Shown here: piece after piece, positions 43,801 through 52,035 of the stretch | Layout: every line of letters begins with the position of its first letter | Position numbering within the stretch: position 1 is the first letter of the stretch | Source of the DNA: an uncultured archaeon | GTDB lineage: Archaea > Aenigmatarchaeota > Aenigmatarchaeia > CG10238-14 | DNA length: 58,707 nucleotides | Reading direction: 5' to 3' | Assembly (NCBI GenBank): GCA_964601485.1 | Contig: CAZRNP010000001.1 | Location: 1-58,707, forward strand | The notes under the pieces: generated by a model | What the model was told of the DNA's origin: nothing | Seen by the model: only the letters and a program-made list of their open reading frames with translations | The model's database searches: none | Program-made: the position numbers and the translations under genes

Positions 43801-45368
43801 TCAGTTCCAGTTGCATTTATAACTGTGATACTTACTGTATAATTTACATCCGCACCTGTAGAATTAGTAATAGTATGGTTTTTCCTATATGACCAACCAG
43901 AAAGCCAATTGGATGTTGAACCTAAACAATAAGTTCCATTCCAAGTTCCATTACAAAATTGAAAGATGTAACCTGATAGACCGACATTGTCAGTCCATTT
44001 TAATCTATGCTCTACAGGAGTTCCAGCTGTCGTTGAGTTTGTAGAATTTAAGGAATATGTAGGTCCTGGTGCAGTACAACTTCCAATCGCCTGATAAGTT
44101 ATGTTGTAATTAGTCCCATCACTTGTGTTCCTGTACACGAACTCCATGCAGTTACCACTATAGTCTGCTTTTGCGTTCACATAGGTGTTGTTCGTGTTTG
44201 GTGTCTGATTTATTACATCATCCCAAGCCTGTCCGTTGAAGCTTCTGGAGAATATGCTCTGTTTCTTCGTGTTGTTCTCCCAAAATACAATCGGGTTGGT
44301 GCCGTTCAACGCTATCGGGGAATAAAGGGATGAATTTGTCCCTATCGAAATCTGGTACGGAGTCGTCCAAGTCAGACCGCCATTTGTCGAGTTTGAGAAA
44401 TAGAGTTTGTTGACTGGTAATTCATACGTGGTAAAGATTTCAGTCACATTATTGTTTATGCTTACCAAACCGCTAAAATCATTGCTCTGCAATCCTAATA
44501 TAGTCCTCTCATCTCCGAATGTCGCACCACCATCTGATGAATTTTTGAATGCCATGCCATAAGTAATAGGATTGGTGAGACAATTTATTATTCCCCAGTA
44601 TTGGTCGGTAAATTGCTTCCTTGCGACCACGAATAATCTGTCCGATGATGTGCCAGTGCCGTTCACCGAAACTGCGTAAGATGTTCCATAGGTGGTTGTG
44701 TCGGTACAGCCTTCCTCGTCTTCAACGGAAGCTGTGTCAAATATCTTCACTGCACTCCCGAAAGTGCTCCCACTATCAGTTGAGACTGCAACGTATATGT
44801 CACTCGTCTGCAACCAGAATATGTATACCCTGCTTCCTATCACGATTACATGACTTGTGTATGATCCAGATGATGTCTGCTTCCATAAGTTCGTCCATGT
44901 CGCACCATTGTCTGATGAGTTCCAGTAGGATGCGTGCAGAGTACTTCCAGAAGAATTGGAGTACGATACCCATATATTGCTTCCGCTACAGCTTATGCTT
45001 GGTGCTACTTTTGTGCCAGTGCTGTTGATTTTCGTGTTTGAAACTGTCCATGTCACACCATTGTCTGTAGAGTTCGCATAGCTTATTGTCGATGAAGAAC
45101 TTCCCCAAACAACATGAATGTTGTTTGCACCATCCCTGCATATCGCCCTCTGGTTGGGGTAGAATGGTGTGGTTGTTGATGATGATATTGTCGTGGAAGC
45201 TGCTATTTCTGTAAAAGTCCTTATGTTTAGAATATCTGACAGCCAGTATTTTTCTTCAACAACTTTAGGTGCGAAATAAATAGAAAGAAGAAAAGATACT
45301 AAAGATATCAAAACCAATCTCATCGCAGACAATGACTTTTTACTTGTCTTTTTTTCAACCTTTTTCAT
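40815..45368 (-). CDS. Giant surface protein (1517 aa): two BNR/Asp-box propeller-like regions, the shared module split by a DUF2341-like plus LamG-like insert, C-terminal Ig-like region
   Basis: Asp-boxes: STDNGVTW, SSDNGATW, STDSGSTF, SSDGGATF, STNGGLTW, SYDGTSW, STDGITW. DUF2341-like region: WSYRKNHTITN...GDIRFTN...LNYWME...ATFWVQV...IYIYYGN. Confidence 0.85.
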   Translation of the reverse strand: MKKVEKKTSKKSLSAMRLVLISLVSFLLSIYFAPKVVEEKYWLSDILNIRTFTEIAASTTISSSTTTPFYPNQRAICRDGANNIHVVWGSSSSTISYANSTDNGVTWTVSNTKINSTGTKVAPSISCSGSNIWVSYSNSSGSTLHASYWNSSDNGATWTNLWKQTSSGSYTSHVIVIGSRVYIFWLQTSDIYVAVSTDSGSTFGSAVKIFDTASVEDEEGCTDTTTYGTSYAVSVNGTGTSSDRLFVVARKQFTDQYWGIINCLTNPITYGMAFKNSSDGGATFGDERTILGLQSNDFSGLVSINNNVTEIFTTYELPVNKLYFSNSTNGGLTWTTPYQISIGTNSSLYSPIALNGTNPIVFWENNTKKQSIFSRSFNGQAWDDVINQTPNTNNTYVNAKADYSGNCMEFVYRNTSDGTNYNITYQAIGSCTAPGPTYSLNSTNSTTAGTPVEHRLKWTDNVGLSGYIFQFCNGTWNGTYCLGSTSNWLSGWSYRKNHTITNSTGADVNYTVSITVINATGTDSGNVVYINSTGNTKTRSDFGDIRFTNSTSSLLNYWMETVNNGVNATFWVQVDGNLTSTNQTIYIYYGNSAATNVSNGTKTFMFFDHFEGSSLDTNYWNVTVGPTPTVASSEVQLGEGLVDAYNYIGTKNLDGVTSGKEVRAKLRIVQVSTSHGTQTYSLGCGNSGDAYYNSAGWYYGYGIYMSLNGNGDFGSATNPSVGNYTSYFRVQSDRDKFHAEGPVTVDREKTGSPTFQSNKIGLSTGWDGKVYFDWVFERKFVSLEPAHSIWGSEETQGWANDTWQSMTGTSSWSNVTKVVNSTAGANIAWCVYANDTSNNWNGTSCQTPFSYTTTYPRLLVTLSTPSPSTCTASNPCKWTQNNTYSVQASVECLNGPCGNVNGTVRYNASSANPDTAINTTVGATPFYIVSSSGGITGLNSTVVTATSLHTGSAFQRKTFYDGNKFWVFYNDINSQTINYSYSYDGTSWTSSGFIPRFDNTLFDVYRFGNTVAVGFSNTSKKYFFINGTISGTSITWSSINTITSNINWALQAMSITRSTTGVWFAGVDWDSDGTTAWKWSVFNSTDGITWVSTYNSSATGSGYQDTTRVLPTSNGGIMFVYNTYYSSNIFWANYSTQTGWTSQQSQNFDFKISQYKFEGISLTVDSSDTVHVLYLNSSNNLYYRRYNGSWSDATQIDTGLTQRRASPTISVDSRKNLYAFWNKTNIIYYKKYDVNSGWDSSASTPFGTSFNSPFAITSESNANDKISVVWTEGYNLTTGFGTSVNHSYISSGYSNPSSCGLMSNGETCTLTWVVNATGNISTYWKIDVNFISSESSVSSNATSAATIKIASLPNIRINGIALYYYTGERVNGNVTVIPVESPADKETSTVSNGEWYTNFNMDTGNLQYLTVIIDDNQKLGYNELKLDNPVTVSLNCSVQNIYLSGYSIDLNSGNAITSGSVRLSILDTDYTNTTNFTGNWNINLHLCLPSGKIYTIQILVSDNTGKRGEILQKYPAK

Positions 45369-45414
45369 TAACTTATAATACGATTTTTATAATAAAAACT
45401 ATAACTTTAAACTA

Positions 45415-46557
45415 CTAAAATTCAGAAATTATCTCTATCATTTCTTTTAAACTTAAATCAGTCTTAATTCCTTTATAACAAAAATGAGTCCTTTCTGCTA
45501 CATTACCCTTATCCCTTAATTTTTGTTGTAAAATCTCGAACTTCGGTATTTCAAACTTATTTTTTTGACAGATTCTATGTACATCATAGTAGAATGGTAT
45601 TGTTTCATTCTTCAAAAGACTTATTAAATTCTTTATTTTATTCTCAGTCTTCAACCAATTTGTTTGATTAAGTTCTTCCAAACACGTTTGCAAGAATTTT
45701 AACTCTTCTATTTTACCTGTCCATATTTTTCCTATAACTTTAGTCTTTGAATCACAAAACTCGCATTTTATTATAGGTTCTTCGTCAATCTTTCTCCAGA
45801 GACACTTAGAACAGTAGTTAACGTAACCTAAGTTCTGTTCAAGAGTTTTACTCGCAATGCTTTTTCCTTTTTCAACTTCAGCGAAAACTCTAAAATAATG
45901 TTCAGATGCATAACTTAACAATGGTTTGAAAGAAAAAGACCATTTTCCAAAGGTTAATGCAGCATTAGAAAGTAAAATCCTTAAACCCAATTCTTTGAAG
46001 AAATCTGTCTTATAGCTTTCTATCCCATACCTTCTCAAGCAAGTAATAGGACTAGTTCCACACAAAGCAGCAGTATCAGTCGCAGAGAAACCGATGAAAC
46101 CTTTTCTCTTTATTGCACGAGCAACAGAATCTAAATAATAAGAAGGACTTCCCCACGGATCGATATCTATGTAATCAAAGACTCTTATATTATCTGACAG
46201 TACCTGATTGGTATCTTGATTTATAATGTTAACTTTATTCTCCAATAAGTTCAATGAAACATTCTTCTTCATTAAAGGGATGTTATCTTCACTTATATCG
46301 TTCACGAATACTTTTTTTACTCCACATTCTTTTGCTATTCTTATTCCTCTAGCACCAATTCCTGCTAAAGAATCACAGATAATCCAATTTTTTGAGTTCA
46401 ACGTATTCAAAACTAAAATTGTCATATCCCTCGACAATTCAACTCTAGGATTGAAGAAATGTGTTTTTTTTAAATAATCTCTAGGAATTATTAACTTGGT
46501 TAAACCTTCTTTGATTTCTTTTACAGGGAAGTTTATCTTTATCATAAAATTTTTCAC
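45415..46557 (-). CDS. trm1: tRNA (guanine26-N2)-dimethyltransferase Trm1
   Basis: FFNPRVELSRDMTILVL and DSLAGIGARGIRIA SAM motifs, plus the Zn cluster CSKC...CEFC. Confidence 0.85.
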   Translation of the reverse strand: MKNFMIKINFPVKEIKEGLTKLIIPRDYLKKTHFFNPRVELSRDMTILVLNTLNSKNWIICDSLAGIGARGIRIAKECGVKKVFVNDISEDNIPLMKKNVSLNLLENKVNIINQDTNQVLSDNIRVFDYIDIDPWGSPSYYLDSVARAIKRKGFIGFSATDTAALCGTSPITCLRRYGIESYKTDFFKELGLRILLSNAALTFGKWSFSFKPLLSYASEHYFRVFAEVEKGKSIASKTLEQNLGYVNYCSKCLWRKIDEEPIIKCEFCDSKTKVIGKIWTGKIEELKFLQTCLEELNQTNWLKTENKIKNLISLLKNETIPFYYDVHRICQKNKFEIPKFEILQQKLRDKGNVAERTHFCYKGIKTDLSLKEMIEIISEF

Positions 46558-46595
46558 AATAAGATTTAACTATCTGATTGTTTAATATTTATCCC

Positions 46596-47066
46596 ATGAA
46601 GGATGTTAAGGAAAAGTACGAAAAATTGAGAAAGAAATACCAGTTACCGTTATTTGAGAATATAATAAGAGAATTCCCAGTAAAGTTAGACAGTCCTGAC
46701 TTAATTTTACATGACATAACCGAGAAGATATGCGAAGAAATATCTAATCGCGTTCAAACATTAGAATCTATAATATTCGTTGGGTCTTCTAGTGAACCAT
46801 CCACATTGTATGAAACTAGTATGATGAAAGATAAGAAAGATAAACTCTTTGAACTCTATAAGGAATTAATGTCAATTAGATGGAGAGGAGAAAAAGTAAA
46901 GAATATTGCAAAAGAAGAGAAAATGGCTGATTTTGTTAAAACTATCTATGATGAATGGGTAAATAAAATAAAGAAAAAGTTCATTGAAATTTGTGAAATA
47001 TTTGAGAAAAAATGGAAGGATGTTAAATTAAGAGAAGATTCTACAAGTTTGATGTATCACGGTTAG
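46596..47066 (+). CDS. Hypothetical protein (156 aa from the ATG at 46596)
   Basis: ORF 46578..47066. No family recognised. Confidence 0.45.
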   Translation: MKDVKEKYEKLRKKYQLPLFENIIREFPVKLDSPDLILHDITEKICEEISNRVQTLESIIFVGSSSEPSTLYETSMMKDKKDKLFELYKELMSIRWRGEKVKNIAKEEKMADFVKTIYDEWVNKIKKKFIEICEIFEKKWKDVKLREDSTSLMYHG

Positions 47067-47329
47067 ATAATCTGAACTTTTGTTGTTATTGCCTGTCCAG
47101 GTAAATTTCTTTCAAACTTAGCTCTAACCACTCCTTTGTTACCGTGTAAAGCAATAATTTCTCCTTTCATCTCTTTATCAGAAGGTGATTTCCATATGAG
47201 TTTTTTTCCTAGAAAATCTTTTGCTTTTTCTTTAGAATTCACATTATCCAACTCCACGAGTACTTGGTAAACATTCTGCGTATGTCTCCCTCTTCTGTAA
47301 CTCAATATTTTACCTTGCATTTTAGCCAC
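47063..47329 (-). CDS. rpl35ae: Ribosomal protein eL33 (L35Ae)
   Basis: GKILSYRRGRHTQNVYQVLV...GKKLIWKSPSDKEMKGEIIALHGNKGVVRAKF. Confidence 0.85.
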   Translation of the reverse strand: MAKMQGKILSYRRGRHTQNVYQVLVELDNVNSKEKAKDFLGKKLIWKSPSDKEMKGEIIALHGNKGVVRAKFERNLPGQAITTKVQII

Positions 47330-47381
47330 ATTTAATTAGAGATAGTTAAGTTTTTAAGTTTAAAAACTTTTGAGTATTGGT

Positions 47382-47647
47382 ATGTCAATACAATCTAATG
47401 TAAGTATAGAACAGGTTAAGGCATATTTAGGTAACTGTAACCCTGGAATCCTTGGAGTATTAAATCAAGCAGTAATGTATAGTATAAAAAATCTACGGAA
47501 TATATTATTGAAAATTGTATAAGACTTGATCCTGATTCTCCATTGGTTCAATGGTTAGAACAAAATAGAGAACAATGGGGAACATTAGTAGACTTAGGAA
47601 AAAAAGCAAGGGATAATAGAAGTAAAACTGAAGGACAATACAAATGA
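47382..47647 (+). pseudogene. Small ORF apparently broken by a stop or frameshift at about 47520
   Basis: A 46-aa ATG ORF ends at TAA 47520-47522. A start-less open frame shifted by one nt continues to TGA 47645-47647 (RLDPDSPLVQWLEQNREQWGTLVDLGKKARDNRSKTEGQYK). Confidence 0.3.
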
Positions 47648-48784
47648 TTACTTCTTTTCTTCTTTTTCTTGTTTCTTCAACACTTTAGCTAAGTCTCTTA
47701 TCAAATTCCTTACGTATTCTCGCATCTGGTAGACGTCTTTATCAGGAACTTTGTCTAGAGCCTGTTTTTCTGCCAATCCTTTCATCTCTTCTATTTTCTT
47801 CCAAATATCCCAATAATAACCATCAACTAGTTTATTATCGACGAATTGCGTCTTGAATGCATTGGGTATCTCTTCCGTCTTCTCAGGCAACTTATGTAAA
47901 GTCTTCAAAGCGGCGATAGCAGCCTTGTACATGACTTCATGCGTCCTTTCAAGAATCTTCTCCTTCTTCCTGAACTCTAAGACTGAAAGCAATTGGAACA
48001 TTTTCTCGATGAATTTGTCTGACTTATCTATCCATTCATCAACATAAGCACCTGTAACATCCATCAATTCTTTATGCTCAATCTTCTTCCTTACTTCAAT
48101 TATATCTCTCAGCCAGTCAGCATATTGTTGTTCTAAAATTCCAGGGTCGACTAGGTATTTTTTTATTTCATCATAAGCCTTGTTAGGGACAGGTGGTTCT
48201 AAACCCATAAACATCAACACAGCTTGAGCAGTGTTTAGCATAGCATAATAACAGTCTTCTGCCAGCATCAAGAGTTTAACAGTTTTTGCTCTCATCAACT
48301 TCTTCGGTGCACCTTCCATGTAACTCTCTATTGCTTCTCGGGTTGCAGGAATTTTCCCCATATCCAACAATCTTTTAATCGGCATGAAGAAACCAGCGTC
48401 ATACAGAGTTTTACCTTCTTTTATGAAATTGTAAATAATCGGATGACAAACACGGGCATAATCCCAGAATTCTGTTAACGTGTAGGAAGGTTGAATTGAG
48501 ATATCTTCAGATATTTCAGTCGCCATTTTTTCCAGGGTTTCATCGATTTCATTCTTTTCTTCTGGCGGTATCTCCTTCTCAGTGTCGTCAATAACAATGA
48601 AAACATCAATATCAGATTTAGACTTGTATTCGCCCCTTGCCACAGACCCCATCATTATTATACATTTGACTCTATCACCATACTTTTCCAAGATTTTATT
48701 CTTTAATTTATCCAGTTCTTTATCTATCTGGGCCTTTGTTTTTGGTTTTTTTTCTTCTTTCTTCTCAGCTGGCTTTTCTTCCAT
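47648..48784 (-). CDS. Pol-beta-superfamily nucleotidyltransferase (MNT/KNTase-like) with a helical HEPN-like C-domain
   Basis: GSVARGEYKSKSDIDVFIVIDD. The C-terminal region has an R-x4-H candidate (RKKIEH). Confidence 0.65.
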   Translation of the reverse strand: MEEKPAEKKEEKKPKTKAQIDKELDKLKNKILEKYGDRVKCIIMMGSVARGEYKSKSDIDVFIVIDDTEKEIPPEEKNEIDETLEKMATEISEDISIQPSYTLTEFWDYARVCHPIIYNFIKEGKTLYDAGFFMPIKRLLDMGKIPATREAIESYMEGAPKKLMRAKTVKLLMLAEDCYYAMLNTAQAVLMFMGLEPPVPNKAYDEIKKYLVDPGILEQQYADWLRDIIEVRKKIEHKELMDVTGAYVDEWIDKSDKFIEKMFQLLSVLEFRKKEKILERTHEVMYKAAIAALKTLHKLPEKTEEIPNAFKTQFVDNKLVDGYYWDIWKKIEEMKGLAEKQALDKVPDKDVYQMREYVRNLIRDLAKVLKKQEKEEKK

Positions 48785-48789
48785 TCACA

Positions 48790-49644
48790 TCACAGTAGTA
48801 AGTCCATATCGACTAATTCTTTCGGTAAAAGTTTCTTCATCCTCTCTATTATATCGTTCGCCAGTGTCATTGCTCTATCCAGATGCTTAGCGTTTACATC
48901 TTTTATTACGTCATGTTCTATATCTTTCCACAACTTATTCAACTCTAGGTATTTATCGATGTATTCTTTCTCAAGTTTCTTCTCTTGTACTAATTTTTCC
49001 ATTTCTTCAGCCATGTGTTTCTGATCTGGTGTTGTCTTGTAATAGTACATTATAACCGATTGACAGGCATCTGTTGCTGCATACCTTAAATCAAATATCA
49101 TGGATTTAATGGTTAAACTGACTTTCTTCATGTGAGCTTCAGCCGATTTTGCCTTTATACTAATAGTCTCTTCGCTTGGCGGCAATAATCCAGCTTTAAG
49201 CATTCTTTGGACTGGTTTTATGAAGCCTGTATCGTGAATGACTAGACTAGACCTTAAATAGTTGAACAATTCAGGTGAACCCCTTTTCATCCATCCCCAG
49301 AATTCCGTTAATCCAGTTGTTTGGATGTGTATATCCTTTAATTGTACAGATATGAGCTGTAGTTGTGCCTGTATTCTCTCTAAATCTTCAGAACCTTTAG
49401 TGGCTGTATCGTCTAGTATAACCCAAACATCAGCATCAGATGTCTTTTTCATGTCTCCTGTGGCAGCAGAACCGAAGATTAAGACAGACTTTACAAGATC
49501 ACCATAAGCCTTCCTTATCTGGTTTGTGAATTCTATTATCTTAGTGTAAATTTCCCCTTTTGGTATTTCTTGCGTCATTAATTCCTGTTTTTTAGGGATT
49601 AAAGGCTTTTTCAACTCATCAGATAGTTCATCTTCAAAAGACAT
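48790..49644 (-). CDS. Paralogous nucleotidyltransferase (MNT/KNTase-like)
   Basis: GSAATGDMKKTSDADVWVILDD. Same architecture as the neighbour, shorter, and the R of the Rx4H candidate is absent (WKDIEH). Confidence 0.65.
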   Translation of the reverse strand: MSFEDELSDELKKPLIPKKQELMTQEIPKGEIYTKIIEFTNQIRKAYGDLVKSVLIFGSAATGDMKKTSDADVWVILDDTATKGSEDLERIQAQLQLISVQLKDIHIQTTGLTEFWGWMKRGSPELFNYLRSSLVIHDTGFIKPVQRMLKAGLLPPSEETISIKAKSAEAHMKKVSLTIKSMIFDLRYAATDACQSVIMYYYKTTPDQKHMAEEMEKLVQEKKLEKEYIDKYLELNKLWKDIEHDVIKDVNAKHLDRAMTLANDIIERMKKLLPKELVDMDLLL

Positions 49645-49797
49645 ACATATACCTTGTTTTCACTCATATATAAATTTTACTACTATTTGAGAGTAAATTA
49701 ATTTAAATACCCCAAACTGCCGATTAATTATTCTAATAAATAAATATGAGAAGATAAACTTTTGGTGTTAAACGTTAAACATGTTATACTATTTCTG

Positions 49798-50058
49798 TTA
49801 CTTTATCATTTTGTAAACAGAATCGTTTTCCTTGACTTCGTTGATGACTTTTAAGCCTATTGAGTTCCCTTTCTTTGCATCTTTTATGTTTTTGTATTCG
49901 ATTTGCATTGAATCTACTGTCTGTGTGAAATTAGTGCTAGGACCTTCTATTGATATCTCATCGCCGACTGAAAGCTTGTCTGTGAGTTCTATTACTGCAA
50001 CGCTTATCTTACTGTAAAAGTGAGCTATCTTACCAATTAATTTCTTTTCTTGTTCCAT
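49798..50058 (-). CDS. Small EF-Tu-domain-2-like beta-barrel protein
   Basis: IGKIAHFYSKISVAVIELTDKLSVGDEISIEG...SMQIEYKNIKDAKKGNSIGLKV matches the translation-factor domain 2-like small-protein pattern. Confidence 0.55.
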   Translation of the reverse strand: MEQEKKLIGKIAHFYSKISVAVIELTDKLSVGDEISIEGPSTNFTQTVDSMQIEYKNIKDAKKGNSIGLKVINEVKENDSVYKMIK

Positions 50059-50261
50059 GAATATTCTATAGTTAATAAGATTATAAAAATTTGTATTATA
50101 TACCTTTTTAATAATATTATAATACTAAAATCTCAATTATAATGGTATGACTTTAAAACCCTTCCTTTTTGAAATGCCTTAAATAGTCTTAAAAAACATG
50201 TTTTAAACGTGATTTATATAGTCTGTATCCTAATAAGTTTCTAAAGAATTCAAGTGATACA

Positions 50262-52031
50262 ATGTGCGGTATAGTTGGTTACATAGGTGAAAAGAAAGCT
50301 TCTCCGATACTTTTAGAATCAACAAAAAAATTGGAATACAGGGGCTATGATTCTGTAGGAATGAGTACGATTGATGATAAGATAAAAATACTAAAAGGTA
50401 CTGGAAAAATAGACGATGTACACAAAAGAATCAATTTTCACTCTTTAAACGGGAATGTTGGTATTTCACATACACGTTGGGCCACTCACGGTGGTGTCAC
50501 AGACTTCAACGCACACCCACAGACAGATTGTAAAGGACAAATAGCAGTTGTCCACAACGGAATAATAGAAAATTATTCAGAATTAAAAAAAGAATTAGTT
50601 GGAAAGGGGCATAAATTCAGTTCTGAGACTGATACAGAAGTAGTATCGCATATGATTGAAGATTACATCAATAATGGAAAAAGTTTCAGAGAAGCAGTTA
50701 TAGAGACTTCCAGAAGATTACAAGGATTGTTCGCCTTCCTAGTATTAAATGAGAAAGAAAAAGACAAGATAATCGCGTCAAAGCATAGATGTCCCTTAGT
50801 CATAGGTATAGGCTCAAACGAGAATTTTGCTGCATCAGATGTGGTTTGTTTCCTAAGAAATACGAATAGAGTCATATTCTTGGACGATGACGAAATAGCT
50901 GAGATAACAAAAAATAATTGCAAAATATTCGATATGACAGGGAAACAAAAAAATAAAGAAATAAGTCAAGTAAGTTGGAACCCTGAAGAAGCTCAGAAGC
51001 TAGGCTACAAACATTTTATGATAAAAGAAATATTAGAACAGAAAGAAACGATTGATAGAGTAATAAGTCATGATAAAAAAACAATAGAGAAAATTACAAA
51101 GATGATAAACAATGCATACGGTGTATTTTTTGTGGCATGCGGAAGTAGTTATCACGCTTGTATTTCTGCTGGTTACATCTTCTCAAAGATAACTAAAAAA
51201 CACGTTAACGTTTTTCTTGCCTCAGAATTTCCGAACTTTTCTCATTTCTTAAAAAAGAATACTTTAATGATAGCTGTTTCACAGAGCGGAGAAACTGCTG
51301 ATGTATTAGAAGCTGTGAGAGTGGCAAAAGAGAAGGGAGTGAAAGTATTATCACTAATAAATGTTATGGGTTCATCACTAATGAGAATAAGTGATTTTTC
51401 TCTGTTATTGAATGCTGGACCTGAGATATGCGTGTTGGCAACAAAAACTTTCACATCTCAACTGGCTTTAATTTATTTGCTTGCATACACTTGTGCTGGA
51501 AAATATGAAGAAGGTAAGAAAGGGTTAGAAGATGTATCTAAAAAAATCAAAGATGTGTTAAGTGAAGAGAACATCCAAAAAATAAAGAACCTTGCTAAGA
51601 GTTTGAAAGACGAAGAGAACATTTATCTGATTGGTAGGGGGTTAAGTTATTCAACGACATTAGAAGGTGCTTTAAAACTTAAAGAAGTTTCTTACATTCA
51701 CGCTGAGGGTTTGGCTGGTGGAGAATTGAAACATGGAACATTAGCATTGATTGAAAGAGGAACTCCATGCATAGCTATAGTCCCAGAGAATGAATCAAGA
51801 CATGATATTTTGAGTAACATAATGGAAATAAAATCTCGTGGCGGATACATAATAGGCATATCGAATAGGAACGAAGATGTTTTCGATTTCTCGATAATAA
51901 TTCCAGATGTTGAGATGCATCCGATATTAATGATTATTCCAATTCAGTTGTTGGGTTACTATCTTGCTTTAGAAAGAGGATGTGACCCCGATAGACCTAG
52001 AAACTTGGCCAAAAGTGTTACAGTAAAGTGA
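50262..52031 (+). CDS. glmS: Glutamine--fructose-6-phosphate aminotransferase
   Basis: N-terminal MCGIVGY nucleophile, two SIS domains, C-terminal LAKSVTV. Confidence 0.95.
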   Translation: MCGIVGYIGEKKASPILLESTKKLEYRGYDSVGMSTIDDKIKILKGTGKIDDVHKRINFHSLNGNVGISHTRWATHGGVTDFNAHPQTDCKGQIAVVHNGIIENYSELKKELVGKGHKFSSETDTEVVSHMIEDYINNGKSFREAVIETSRRLQGLFAFLVLNEKEKDKIIASKHRCPLVIGIGSNENFAASDVVCFLRNTNRVIFLDDDEIAEITKNNCKIFDMTGKQKNKEISQVSWNPEEAQKLGYKHFMIKEILEQKETIDRVISHDKKTIEKITKMINNAYGVFFVACGSSYHACISAGYIFSKITKKHVNVFLASEFPNFSHFLKKNTLMIAVSQSGETADVLEAVRVAKEKGVKVLSLINVMGSSLMRISDFSLLLNAGPEICVLATKTFTSQLALIYLLAYTCAGKYEEGKKGLEDVSKKIKDVLSEENIQKIKNLAKSLKDEENIYLIGRGLSYSTTLEGALKLKEVSYIHAEGLAGGELKHGTLALIERGTPCIAIVPENESRHDILSNIMEIKSRGGYIIGISNRNEDVFDFSIIIPDVEMHPILMIIPIQLLGYYLALERGCDPDRPRNLAKSVTVK

Positions 52032-52035
52032 TTTT

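Noticed and set aside
34638-45368. The repeated modules in the giant genes could be diversity-generating retroelement template/variable repeats.
   Set aside because: There is no reverse transcriptase in the window. The copies differ at all base types and by indels, which is ordinary paralog divergence rather than adenine-specific substitutions.
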